From positions 151,342,001-151,406,000 of the forward strand of contig OZ024741.1 in NCBI GenBank assembly GCA_964016885.1: DNA of 64,000 bases. The letters run 5' to 3'. Position numbers and translations under genes: made by a program. The DNA is from Eledone cirrhosa. Taxonomy: Eukaryota. The notes under the pieces were generated by a model. The model had not been told where the DNA came from, ran no database searches, and saw nothing but the letters and a program-made list of their open reading frames with translations. Position 1 is the stretch's first letter, and every line of letters begins with the position of its first letter. This document shows, in pieces, positions 1 through 12,432 of this stretch.

Positions 1-55
1 AGCACTCGATGTTTAGGTTCATGTCAGTGCCGCGGTGTAGAGCGAGACAGAGTGT

Positions 56-320
56 AATATAATAATAATACAAGGGCGATTAGTTAAGCCTTCACTACGC
101 TTATTAATTGGTGACGTACGTTTCGCTATTGATCAGCTCAAAGTTCGATCTGACCCGACTCTAGAATCAAAAGCTCGTCGGACCTCTGCTGGTGTAATGA
201 CGGAATGCACATATATATATTCATTCTGTCGAACCTTGAGCTGATCAATAGCGAAACGCGCTTCACCAATCAAATAAACGTAATGAAGACTTAACTAATC
301 GTCTTTGTTTTATTATATTA
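56..320. mobile_element. Fold-back mini-element (PLE pseudo-LTR-like), arms ~56-148 and ~229-320
   Basis: Imperfect inverted repeat (gattagttaagccttcactacg... / ...cgtaatgaagacttaactaatc); the right arm ends next to a TA tract and the element carries an HHR motif. Confidence 0.75.
109..184 (-). ncRNA. Type I hammerhead ribozyme with long stem II (U4->C change)
   Basis: Minus strand: GGT-CCGACGA-GCTTTTGATT...GATCAATAGC-GAAAC GTAC GTC-ACC. Confidence 0.6.
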
Positions 321-338
321 TCATATATACATACATAC

Positions 339-404
<66 letters not shown>

Positions 405-408
<4 letters not shown>

Positions 409-1352
409 TTGAAATGTTGTCTATGATTGCCTATACAATATAAGGTTAGATAGGTCTTTCTGCTAGCCATCGCATTCCTGTGATTTATGAGTATCCACAA
501 TAATGTTGGAGCTACGAATTGTGGCAGGTGATAAAGACTTCTATAAACTATATATATATAAGCAGAAGGGATATTCAATTTGTTGGTAATTCAACAAATA
601 TAAATGTTTATAACTGATTCAGAGCACTATCCAGGGATAACTTGAACCGTTAAGGTATATTATCCTTGGTTATGTCAAAAAACACACTTCGTATTTTATC
701 TGATGATAGCGTACCAAAATGTTGGTACCCTTGACATATATATAATAGAATAAATATGGTTTTATATATATAGTTTCCATTATTTAATATTATTGTATAT
801 ATACATATATATATATATATATAACGAAGGAAATGGATAAGGAACCAGATGGACCATAACGCACCAAAGTACTCAATACATAGGGTAGTAGAGTGGGTAA
901 TAGGAACGAGTAGGACCCCGACGGCTGAGCTCAAGCCGTTTCGACGGCTAATTCTGGACGCAATGATATTAAATAAATGGAAACTATATATATAAAACCA
1001 TATTTATTCTATTATATATATTTCAAGGGTACCAAAATGTTGGTACGCTATCATCAGATAAAATACGAAGTGTGTTTTTTGACATAACCAAGGATAATAT
1101 ACCTTAACGGTTCAAGTTATCCCTGGATAGTGCTCTGAATCAGTTATAAACATTTATATTTGTTGAATTACCAACAAATTGAATATCCCTTCTGCTTATA
1201 TATATATAGTTTATAGAAGTCTTTATCACCTGCCACAATTCGTAGCTCCAACATTATTGTGGATACTCATAAATCACAGGAATGCGATGGCTAGCAGAAA
1301 GACCTATCTAACCTTATATTGTATAGGTAATCATAGACAACATTTCAATGAT
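405..1352. mobile_element. ~390-bp inverted duplication of an HHR-bearing PLE-type element, with a second PLE 3' end (822-958) at its centre
   Basis: 405-796 is the near-perfect reverse complement of 961-1352 (ORFs 321..578- and 1179..1463+ begin identically); both arms carry tattttat-CTGATGA...GA(A/C)ATATATATA-atagaata. Confidence 0.85.
822..958 (-). mobile_element. 5'-truncated PLE pLTR 3' end (family of 37345-38525)
   Basis: Minus strand: CCAGAATTAGCCGTC-GAAACGGC TTGAGCTCA GCCGTC-GGGGT (3' half of HHR), followed by a 3' tail running into (TA)n. Confidence 0.75.
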
Positions 1353-1385
1353 ATATATATATATATATATATATATGTGTATGTA

Positions 1386-2893
1386 TCATCATCATCATCA
1401 TCATCAGGTTTAGCGTCCGTGTTCCACGCTTGCATGGGTTTGGACGGGGGTTTTCCCACTTGAGGCAAGAGTGGTTGTCTTGCTCGCATAGGACTGTCTG
1501 GCGGGTTTTCTACAGTTGGATGCCCTTCCTAACACCAACCACATTTACAGTGTGGGGCTGGGAGGTTTTTACCGTGTTGCCTACACGGCCACATTACAGC
1601 GTGGACTGTCTGGCGGGTTTTCTACAGCTGGATGCCCTTCCTAACACCAACCACATTTACAGTGTGGGGCTGGGAGGTTTTTACCGTGTTGCCTACACGG
1701 CCACATTTACAGCGTGGACTGTGTGTTTTTTGTCGTGACACCTACACGATCTCATTTGTTTCGGCCTGGATGTTGTGGGACCAACATAACTTTACATTGA
1801 AAGGGGCGGTGTGGGTGGGGTGGAGGTGGTGGGACGGGGGTGTGTTTTGATAGAGATGCCTACTGACTGTAGTAGGTTTTTACTTTGTATTTAGGTAAGG
1901 CGGGTCTTCTCTATTACCGAGTACCGCCAAAGGTCTCGGTCCAGTGACATTGTCTTGGAGAGGTGTAAGCGTGTGAGGTCGGAATTTATCAGCTCGTCCC
2001 ATGTTTTTCTGGGTCTGCCTACTCCGTGGCTACCGTCTATCTTTATTGCCCTGCACTTTGTTATACAGCTGTCGTCTTTCATGCGCATCACGTGACCGTA
2101 CCAACGTAGCCTTCTCTCGAGTAAACAACATCTGATCCCTCTTATTTCTAATTTTTTCCTTAGTTCGTTTATGCTTTGCCGTTCACGTATATTACTATTG
2201 CACATCCAGCGGAGCATGCAAGCTTCGTTCCTCTCTAGTCTGCGTATATCCTCTGCACACAATGCCCAGGTCTCACTGCCATGCAGCATTGCTGTTCGTA
2301 TGCAGGCATCGTATAACCTGCCTTTCATTTTTAGGGAGAACCCTCTAGCGGCTAATAGTGGTATAAGCTCTCTGAACTTTTTCCATCCAGTTCTGACTCT
2401 AGCTACTGTACTTTCAGAGCACCCTCCCCCACTGCTGATTTTGTCACCCAGATAACGGAAGCTGTCCACTATTTCTATAGAACCCTCTGCGCAGTTGAAG
2501 GAGCTAGTATTTTGTGGGCACTTGCTGCTACTTATTGCACCAGAGCACCGGCCACATGTAAAATCTATGTTCTTAGTTAGCTCACCTGTGATCCCACTAC
2601 ATCTTTTATGCACCCATACTTTGCATTTGGGACATAAAATGGAGTTTCTACCTACGCCTTTCCTACACACTGAGCATGGCCATTTCCCCGATGGGACCGC
2701 CGCCTTATTTTCTTTCCTACAAACTAGAACTTTAGTCTTAGCCAGGTTAATTTTAAGGCCTTTTGATTCTAGGCTGTGCTTCCACGTTTGGAATTTCTTC
2801 TCTAGTTCGGTCATTGATTCAGCTATGAGCGTTAGATCATCTGCGTATAGGAGTTCCCATGGGCAGCCGGTCTTGAACTCCTCTGTTATAGCC
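1386..2893 (-). mobile_element. RTE/BovB-type LINE, 5'-truncated: RT C-terminus, 3' UTR and (GAT)n tail
   Basis: The frame upstream of ORF 1891..2814 reads ELLYADDL; INLAKTKVL, FRYLGD, LHGSETW, RLRWYGHVMR and GRPRKTW are typical RTE motifs; Cys-rich PHD-like insert; tcatca repeat at 1386-1405. Confidence 0.92.
1491..1715. repeat. ~112-bp tandem duplication in RTE 3' UTR
   Basis: ggactgtctggcgggttttctacag starts at 1491 and 1603; a third unit start at ~1716. Confidence 0.9.
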
Positions 2894-2957
2894 TGAAGGG
2901 CAATAATAAATAGTAGGGGGCTAATATATATATATATTTATATCGTTCGATTGCTAC

Positions 2958-2995
<38 letters not shown>

Positions 2996-3006
2996 TTCGA
3001 TTGCTA

Positions 3007-3094
<88 letters not shown>

Positions 3095-3281
3095 CCAACT
3101 GGTGGTCGCCTTTAGTCGATGCCACCTGCTAATCATTGTAATGTGTGTTTGTATATATATATATACCTATAAATCTACGGACCAATAGTAATAATATTTA
3201 TCTATTTAGACACATACACGTAAATATAAGCACCTCCCCCCACATATATATATATACAAACACACATATATATATATATAC

Positions 3282-3334
<53 letters not shown>

Positions 3335-3449
3335 TAATATATATATATATATTTAGATTAATTATAATATATATATATTTAGATTAAATATAATATATAT
3401 ATATTTAGATTAAATATAAGCATACCCCCCCCCCTACATATATATACAT

Positions 3450-3488
<39 letters not shown>

Positions 3489-4384
3489 TAATATATATTT
3501 ATATATATATATATATATATAAATTAATATATATATATTTAGATTAATTAATATATAATATAAATATGTATGTATAGATGCATATGTGTGTATATGTATA
3601 TATATGTATACTCATGCGCATACATACACTCTGTTTTTGTTGTATATGAAATAGTAAACCAACATAATAATGGAGAAGATTGAAGTAAATGCTTTCATTC
3701 AAAGCCACACACGCACAGACACATATGCGCGCGCACGTGCACAGAGACACAGACATACACACACATATATACATATATATATATACATATGCCTATTTCG
3801 TTTTTGGTAATATATATTATCAATCTACGTGAAGGTGCTTGGCTTTGTATTTGGAGTGTTTTGATCAGAAACCTAGCCTCGTGATTTTGCCTTCCATCGA
3901 TATATTGTATCCATGGGAAAGTTATATTATTGCATGTTCCTGTGGTGCGCTCAGCTTGAAAAGAAATGAGTTGTTTCTGTTATGTAAAGGCCTATACTTG
4001 TTACGCAAAAGGTCTCATTACCTATCCAAGACAATGCATGTCTATTCAATGTGGTATGCCTTCCTGATGTTTGCGCTCTCTGATTTAAAAACATGCCGAC
4101 TTTAACCTTGCCTTCGAGTTCTATAAACATGTATATGTCCAGAATTGATGTAAATTCTTCCTTAATATAACTTCCTCACTTCCTCTCTATCGCTGATGAC
4201 AGGATATTACTTGTTTGTATCGTTTCATTCCAATAATAATTTGATTTACGGAATTTCCCGACGCTATCCAGTGTTATTTCTAAATTTCCCTCTCTCCTCT
4301 CTCGCTCTGTCTCTCTCGAAAGCGCGCACACACACACAGACACACCCAGACACACAGTCTCTCTCTCTTTATATATATATATGT

Positions 4385-4610
4385 GGTGGCACGTGGCCTA
4401 GTGGTAAGGGTGTTAGACTTAAGATCATAATATGGGTTCGATTCCTGAGTTGCGTGTTGTGTTCTTGAGCAAAACGCTTCATTTCACGTTGCCCCAGTAT
4501 ACTCAGGGGAAAATGAGTACCAGCAATAGCTGAGGGTTTAACCCTACGATGGACTGGCGTCCTGTCCAGGGGGAAGTCTTGTACACTCAGTCGCTTCACG
4601 CCTTCTTACT
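4385..4610 (+). mobile_element. tRNA-derived CORE-like SINE
   Basis: A box tggcctagtgg, B box ggttcgattcc, CORE-like tgtgttcttgagcaaaac. Confidence 0.8.
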
Positions 4611-4644
4611 TAAGACAGACTTTAGACTTTATATCTATATATCT

Positions 4645-5095
4645 ATATCCGAAAGAGTCGTGACCCGACGGCTGAGCTCTTGCCGTTTCCTCAGCTAGTT
4701 TCAGGCTGTTTGAATGTTCTTTGTCGACAAGTCGATAGTTTGTCGTGGCATAGTGTGTTCGGTCATTTGGCAAGATATAGAAAAGGTCGGATAGTGCCGG
4801 GATAGATGTCTCATAAACGTCGAAAAGTGCTCTACTACTGTAGTAGGAACTATATATATGAGGATCGAACCAGTATTAGACTAGTTAGACCATTATCAAA
4901 ACAGAGTACTCGATACTTGGGAAAGTAGAGTGTGACTATATTAGAAAGTGTCGGGACCCAACGGCTGAGCTCTTGCCGTTTCAAAAGCTAGTTCCACTGA
5001 ACTAGCTATCGGGCCCCGACTTTTTCTAATATAGTCACACTCTGTTACCCCAAGTATCCAGTACTATGTTAAATATTGTTTATTACTGGTTTAAT

Positions 5096-5100
<5 letters not shown>
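4645..5100. mobile_element. PLE pLTR fragments (two HHR 3' halves) with fold-back
   Basis: gacccRacggctgagctcttgccgtttc at ~4662 and ~4955; inverted arms gagtgtgactatattagaaa / tttctaatatagtcacactc. Confidence 0.65.
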
Positions 5101-5149
<49 letters not shown>

Positions 5150-5150
<1 letters not shown>

Positions 5151-5705
5151 AGGTGAGTTTTGTTGTAGTACAATAAAGCAATGCAGATATCGGATAAGAA
5201 GCACTCTACAGTTTGTAGGACTGGAGTATATTATTAAACCCTTCAATATACAAACCTTAACTTTACATTATTTTTCTCTTCGTTAATTTTAAAATTCTTT
5301 TAATTTATACATTATCTTCCAACGGTTTTCAACCTCTCTATGTAAAACAATATATCTTTCTCAGTTATAAAAGCTATCTTTCTCTCTCTATCACCCATCT
5401 CTCCTCCTATCTCATCCTTCCTCATTATACTCCTCCCTCTCCACTTTTTACTCTCATCTCCTCCTCTTTTTCACCCCCCCCCCCTCAAAATAATTTTTTT
5501 TTTTCCCCCAATATCACACATCAATCTAAAACTACTTTTCATATATTGATTTAAAACTGCACTATCCACAAGTGTTTTTTAACCTTCATATCATGTCTTC
5601 CTGTTTTATCTGATGAAAACACAAATATTATTGCATGATGATATTTGTTTTTGAAATGCGCATAATAAAATACTTGGAACTCTTTTAACCATCTTTTGTT
5701 CTTAT
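5150..5705 (+). mobile_element. PLE-type 3' UTR/pLTR fragment (inverted homologue at ~48940-49450)
   Basis: Pyrimidine-rich UTR ending in an HHR then (TA)n; matches the reverse complement of 48940-49450. Confidence 0.7.
5602..5672 (+). ncRNA. Type I hammerhead ribozyme, intact core
   Basis: TGTTTTAT-CTGATGA-AAACACAAATAT...ATATTTGTTTTT-GAAAT GCGC ATA-ATAAAATA. Confidence 0.8.
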
Positions 5706-5755
5706 ATATTATATATATATGTATATATATATATGTGTATATATATATATATATA

Positions 5756-5946
5756 TAGGAACGAGTAGGACCCCGACGGCTGAGCTCAAGCCGTTTCGAC
5801 GGCTAATTCTGGACAGAATTAGCCGTCAAAACGGCTTGAGCTCAGCCGTAGGGGTCCTACTCGTTCCTATTACCCACTCTACTACCCTAAGTATTGAGTA
5901 CTTTGGTGCGTTATGGTCCACCTGGTTCCTTACCACATTTCCTTCG

Positions 5947-5950
<4 letters not shown>
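5756..5950. mobile_element. Fold-back PLE pLTR end (family of 37345-38525)
   Basis: aggaacgagtaggaccccgacggctgagctcaagccgtttcgacggctaattctg is followed at once by its reverse complement, which continues to the 3' tail and (TA)n. Confidence 0.8.
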
Positions 5951-5996
<46 letters not shown>

Positions 5997-6420
5997 TTAT
6001 TATGAGTTTGAAGAATAGTCAGTCAAAATTTATCCAATTTTTTCTTCTTAGTCCGTAGAAATTAACTAGATAAATAATCATTTAAACGGCGTTAAGTTTA
6101 AAATGTATCTTTGAAGAAATACCAGATAAATGTTATCGATATTCCTTTATGAGGAACAGTCAGATAAAATTTACCTAATCTTTCCTCTTAGTCCGTTGAA
6201 ATGGAGCTAAACCTAAAATGTAAGTTGAAGAAAAATATAGATAAACGTTACCAAACATTCTCTCACGCCCAACTATCAATAGTTTCGTTCGTATTTTGTG
6301 GAAATGTCTAATTGTTACATTATCCATGAGGCTTAGAGCTATTCAAGAGACTCCCCACAGTTAGGACCGATATTTCCAAAGTGATCATCGTTAGTAACGA
6401 ATATATATATATATATATAT

Positions 6421-7073
6421 GAATGTATGTATAGTATATTTGGCAACATACCGTATATTTAATTATAAACATTTTGAATACCTTGCACTATCATTTTTAA
6501 TGTAGTGACTATGTCACTTACTTCTTGTTTTGGCAAAGGAAGGGAGAGAAGCTGACAGATTCTGTTTAACGCTGTTGGCGATCCTCAGAGCATCGTACGC
6601 CCCTCCCCGCCTTTGCTGAAAATTATAGAGGCTGGATTCTTATAGAATTCCAGTAATAATCAGGAACTGATTATACAGAGCGATTGCCGGTCCATCAAAA
6701 ATTAAAAATTAGGATTGGTGCTCTGAAATAGCGATGTATACATAAATGTATGTATAGTATATTTGGCAATATACCGTATGTTTAATTAAAAACATTTTGA
6801 AGACCTTGCGCTATCATTTTTAAAGTAGTGCCTATGTCACTTACTTCTTTTTTTCGGCAAAGGAAGGGAGAGAAGCTGACATATTCTGTTTCACGCTGTT
6901 GGCGATCCTCAGCTTCTCTCCCTTCCTTTGCCGAAAAAAGAAGTAAGTGACATAGTCGCTACTTTAAAAATGATAGCGCAAGGTCTTCAACATGTTTTAA
7001 ATTAAATATACGGTATATTGCCAAATATACTATACATACATTTATGTATACATCACTATTTCAGAGCACCAAT

Positions 7074-7075
<2 letters not shown>
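6421..7075 (-). mobile_element. Retrozyme-like / non-autonomous PLE: direct repeat (324-nt period) plus inverted arm, two HHRs
   Basis: 6421-6588 repeats at 6745-6912; 6912-7075 is the inverted copy; minus-strand HHRs at ~6551-6592 and ~6871-6917; TA tracts on both sides. Confidence 0.8.
6871..6917 (-). ncRNA. Type I hammerhead ribozyme
   Basis: CTGAGGA-TCGC CAACA GCGT-GAAACA GAATA TGTC-AGC; the sister copy 6551-6592 has stem I GCT/AGC and stem III ACAG/CTGT but G12->T. Confidence 0.7.
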
Positions 7076-7133
<58 letters not shown>

Positions 7134-9684
7134 CGTATACTTTTTTTTTATATACGGTACATTACAATGAGTAATTAGATCGAATAACTCTAATACTTAT
7201 CAGCGAATTGGATAGAATCGGGTGGAATACTCAACCACGTAAACCCCTATACTATAATGCAATCAGTAGTTATTTCTTTTGATAAAAAGTTGGAATACTC
7301 TTCGCCGAAACCAGTGGAGGTCCATTTACAATGGCTATAATTTGTGTAATGCGGGTGTCTGCGAATGTGTTTATTTATTTATTTATCTGTGAAAACATAA
7401 TTGTTATTCTAATAGCAGTAAATCTTCATTATAATTTCTACATATTGTATTTCTGTAATTAACTAATGTCGCTGTTCAATCTCTTCTTAATTTATTTTTA
7501 TGATGGAAAGTTTTACAATTTTGTCTTTGGAAATTACCGCTATTTTATATTTGTGTCTCTTTTTTCGTTTCATCTTTACATTTTTGAAATGTCATTGCTG
7601 TGTTGTTGTTGTAGGTGGTTGTAGCGTTGCTGTTTATATTGTTGCTACTGCTGTTGTAATATTTGATGTTGTTGCTGTGATGTCGATTTTATTTTTAGTG
7701 GTGGTATTGTAGATGATATTGTTTGTTGGTGTTGTGCCTGTTGATATCGTTCTTTTTGGCATTGTTGTTGTTGATTATGTTATTTTTATTGTCGTTGTTA
7801 CTGATAGTTATGTTAATATCATTGTTATCGTTGATTCGTCTCAAATTACTTCTGATTGAACCGACGTATAATCGAAGGCATCCCATCCATGATAGTCCTG
7901 CATTTTGTATATAAAAGACTTAATGTTTTATCCATTTTCGTCTTTAATACGAGAGTGTACGTCTTTACTATTCTATCTATCGAGCCACCACATCGAGATT
8001 CCCTTGGCTCAAGTTTGCCGTTGGGGCTATTTCGTACCCGATCAGCTCTGGTTGAAGACATTCTGTCCCTGACCATCTCGTCTTTTTTTTATCAGGGACT
8101 AAATTTTCAAATGCTCGCTTTCATATTTTAGAAGTTTGTATTTGATTTGATATATTACTTGCAATGTGTGTAGTAGAAAAATGATGTAATGCACCATGTC
8201 CTTACTTTATAAAAACAGTATGTTTTAATATAAGCAAGATTTGGCCGCGGTATATTTCTAGTAGCAACAACAATTACGTCGTGCAAAGATTCTGAAATGT
8301 TTATTTTTTATTTCCGGCGAACCACGGTGCAGATAAAAATATTCAAGCCCATTTTTATGCTTAAAGTAGAAAAAGAAAAGTACCAATCTATGAATATATA
8401 TAATTTAAATTACAAAAAATTATTAAGTATTTGTTTCATTAATAAATCAGTTTGCATTTTCGTCTTTATTTTCTCAGTTTGGAAGAATGCTTAGAGCATC
8501 GAACGATATTTATCCTGTTCCAAATAGTTGAAATGTCATCTTGATCACGCAAGGATACGAAGTCATACAACAAAGAGGCGGTACAAATACTGTAACACAT
8601 TTTATCCGATGCTCTAACTATTCCATAACACAGCACCGTTATTCTAATTTATCTCAAATAGAACATTTTTCTAACTGGAATTGTTAAAAAGAAAAAGAAG
8701 TCTTTCAGCATTTAAAACAACAGTTCAATGATGTTTCCATTGGGATAATAGCAATATAGGAAAAAATGTAAAGAACAAATATATTAAAATGTTATAGCAA
8801 CGTAAACATATTTCGGTGAGAAAAGTTTCAACTGTTGTTGCTATTGGAATAACATTAAAACTTCAACAATTAAAAACGTTTAATTATCTGAAAAGGAAAA
8901 TGTCTATAATTTCAATGGGAAAAAAACGATTATATATATATATATATATTAAAATAACAGATTATATATATATATATTCCAAGAGTTAAATTCACACAAT
9001 TAACGTGTTTATTTACATTTCTACAAATGTAATCATTTATAGAATACTTTGAAATATTTGTATGTTTGTAATTATATATTTATGTAATAGACTTACATAT
9101 CTTTATAGAATTGTGTTACTCTCAGTTATTATTCCTGGGTAATGAATTGTTTTCTTTTCTAGATTCTGAGATTGTCTTTCACTTAATGCCACTATGTTTC
9201 CGAGCTTTCGAATTGTGTATTTCGTAGGTCATGTTTATCTATTTTCAGTTGTTCCAGTTCAAATTCCACCTCATACACAGTAAAAACGATTGGTGTGATA
9301 GGACTTGGCCCTTCGCATTAAAACACCGAATATTCTATGAAATTCTGCCTCACAGAAAGCCGGTTAAACATACGGAGATATAATCCATAACAATAACATA
9401 AATTCCTGGTTTTAGTCTAAAGATTATGACAACGACATCGCCATAGATACGAAAGCATAAAACATGGGTATGTTGGGAATGCTCGAGTAGAGGTTGCTTG
9501 AAACCAGCAGTGAGTTGGGAGAGTCTGAGCTGAGGTAGTATGGGATTGGCCATGAGTTGAGAGTTCGTTTGTGTGGAGGTAGCCTGAGATCAGCTGTGAT
9601 TTGGGAGTGTTTGAGTTGAGAGCTGAAATGAAAATGGTATACAATGATTGTATATGCAATCTGATATATTTATAGGTGTGTTAA

Positions 9685-9900
9685 TGCACAAGCTTTTGTG
9701 GTTAGGATGTTTGGATCATGATCGTAAGGTTGTAAGTTCGATTCCCAGGAGCGCACCGTGTTCTTGACCAATGAAATATATTACACGTTGCTTTTGTTCA
9801 CTCAGCTAGTAAAAAAGGGGTTGTACAGGTAATTCAGACGATCAGCTTTTTCATACACCTTGTCACGCTCAGCTCCATGTTAATTACACGAGTATGCTGT
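9685..9900 (+). mobile_element. Degenerate tRNA-derived CORE-like SINE
   Basis: tgtggttagg...agttcgattcc...gtgttcttgacc. Confidence 0.6.
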
Positions 9901-10119
9901 TCCACTGTTCAAACAAATAGCACATCCGGCGCGAAGACCGACAGAGATTCAACTGGAAGCAGTTCTTTATTTTATCGCCAGCCGTATTTAACTGGTACAT
10001 TATCTAATTGACCTGAGCAGAATGAAAGACCGATTCAACCTATGTGAGATTCCCATTGAAATATTATTATTAATATTATATTTATATATATATACACATA
10101 CATATGTACATACATGCGT

Positions 10120-10207
<88 letters not shown>

Positions 10208-10703
10208 GTCAGTCCCTTGACTTCTGTTAGTCCTCGGAGGGATCCTTCGGAAGCAGCAGCACACACTCAAAATAGTCTATCAACGGCGGCCGTCAACAAA
10301 TCTGGTATCGTCATTTGCATCCATTCTTTGACAATGTCCAGCCAGTTTTTTTGTTGGCGGCTCCTCCTGCATCCACCTTCAACCAAAGTACTTTCAGACC
10401 AAGTACAGAGTGTACAAATTGGTGGTAGTCTCCGTCCTCCTATATAGGTGGGAGACCTGGACTCTTTTGGCAGAAATATAGAGAAGGATCCAGGCATTCG
10501 AGGACAACTGCATGAGAAAACTCCTTCGTATCTCCTTTTGGGAACGTCAAACCAATAAATACGTGCAGAGTAAGGTTAAAGGTTTTGGCGGTCACCAGGA
10601 ACCTCTCCTCGCCACTGTCAAGAGAAAGAAACTGGCGTGGTTTGGCCACGTCACACGACATGACAGCTTGCGCAAGATCATCATGCACGGCACCGTTGAG
10701 GGT

Positions 10704-10708
<5 letters not shown>
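10208..10708. mobile_element. RTE 3' fragment with inverted 5' part
   Basis: Plus strand 10480-10708 IQAFE..LAWFGHVTRH..GTVEGG; minus strand 10385->10208 VEGGCRRSRQQKNWLD continues the same protein. Confidence 0.8.
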
Positions 10709-10751
<43 letters not shown>

Positions 10752-10838
10752 CCAAATGTGAATAAGGTTCATTGATTATTCACGGAATATAGTTTTACAA
10801 TAGATTAAAAGCATTCAACGAAGAAGTTTTCCGGAGTT

Positions 10839-11134
10839 ATTAATATTATTCAAAATATTAATAACTGGAGATATTTAGATAATAAAAATAAATATTTTAT
10901 TATATATATTTCGGAGGTACTGTCCTCATCAGATAACATATGTGAATTGATGTATGACATACCTTGACTGCCAAGACTGAAATTGAACCATCAACACAGT
11001 TGAGGTATGTCATACATCAATTCATATATTTTATCGGATGAGGACGTACTGAAAAATCATCAGAGTACCCCCGAAATATATATAATAAAACATATATTTT
11101 GATTATGTAAATGTCTCCATTTATTAATATTTTG

Positions 11135-11138
<4 letters not shown>
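10839..11138. mobile_element. Fold-back HHR mini-element (homologue at ~54040-54175)
   Basis: Inverted arms; minus-strand CTGATGA-GGACAGTACCTCC-GAAATATATATA at ~10893-10938; plus-strand CGGATGA...GAAATATATATA at ~11025-11090. Confidence 0.75.
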
Positions 11139-11208
<70 letters not shown>

Positions 11209-11648
11209 AATTATTGAGAATCGCATTTCGGCCCACGAAATAACGAAAAACAACCTCCGAGATGTGTGGCAAGTGCTCAATGATTCAGATGAACCAGAGC
11301 TATAACAAACGTTAAAGGCCAAACACACTGAGACGGTGGTTAAACAATCATCCGCATAGCCCAAAAAACGATCAAGTAATTCGGGTCAAAGAAATAAAAA
11401 ATATAAAATATAAAATATAAAATATATAATAAAAAATATAAAATATAAAATATAAAATATAAAATATATATATATATATATGGGGTAACATATTATTGTT
11501 ATAGGTAGTCCACTTAGGTGTAGTCCAGTTAGGGTACACCGAGTAGTGGATTATATCAACGCTTGGCTAAGTTTAACTGAACAAGTCGTTTCCATAGTGA
11601 TGCTGCGAGTACGCGGTGATTTCTATGTTGTTAACACTTGGAGTAATG

Positions 11649-11872
<224 letters not shown>

Positions 11873-11874
11873 TA

Positions 11875-12084
11875 TACGTTATTCCGGGTTGAATCGGAGG
11901 TAACCACAGTAAGTAAGGTACTCAATACATAGCAGAGTATAACAGTTTTAATATAGATGAGATTCTACAGGACTAGAACTGTTTCATTCATTAGAAATCA
12001 TCAGGAATCAAATGGGATTCCTGATGATTTCTAATGAATGAAACAGTTCTAGTCCTGTAGAATCTCATCTATATTAAAACTATA

Positions 12085-12150
<66 letters not shown>

Positions 12151-12360
12151 TATAGTTTTAATATAGATGAGATTCTACAGGACTAGAACTGTTTCATTCA
12201 TTAGAAATCATCAGGAATCCCATTTGATTCCTGATGATTTCTAATGAATGAAACAGTTCTAGTCCTGTAGAATCTCATCTATATTAAAACTGTTATACTC
12301 TGCTATGTATTGAGTACCTTACTTACTGTGGTTACCTCCGATTCAACCCGGAATAACGTA
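11875..12360. mobile_element. Double palindrome: fold-back HHR element duplicated in inverted orientation around a TA tract
   Basis: 11875-12081 is the reverse complement of 12154-12360; each half is itself a hairpin; four HHR cores in total. Confidence 0.9.
12012..12068 (+). ncRNA. Type I hammerhead ribozyme, intact core (identical minus-strand copy at 12167-12223)
   Basis: ATGGGATTC-CTGATGA-TTTC TAAT GAAT-GAAACAG TTCTAGTC CTGTA-GAATCTCAT. Confidence 0.85.
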
Positions 12361-12366
12361 TATATA

Positions 12367-12432
<66 letters not shown>

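Noticed and set aside
1891-2814. Host PHD-finger gene
   Set aside because: The Cys cluster is embedded between RT motifs of an RTE LINE
4385-4460. tRNA gene
   Set aside because: A/B boxes continue into a SINE body; no complete cloverleaf
7846-8131. Overlapping short ORFs as a host exon
   Set aside because: No recognisable domain or convincing splice sites
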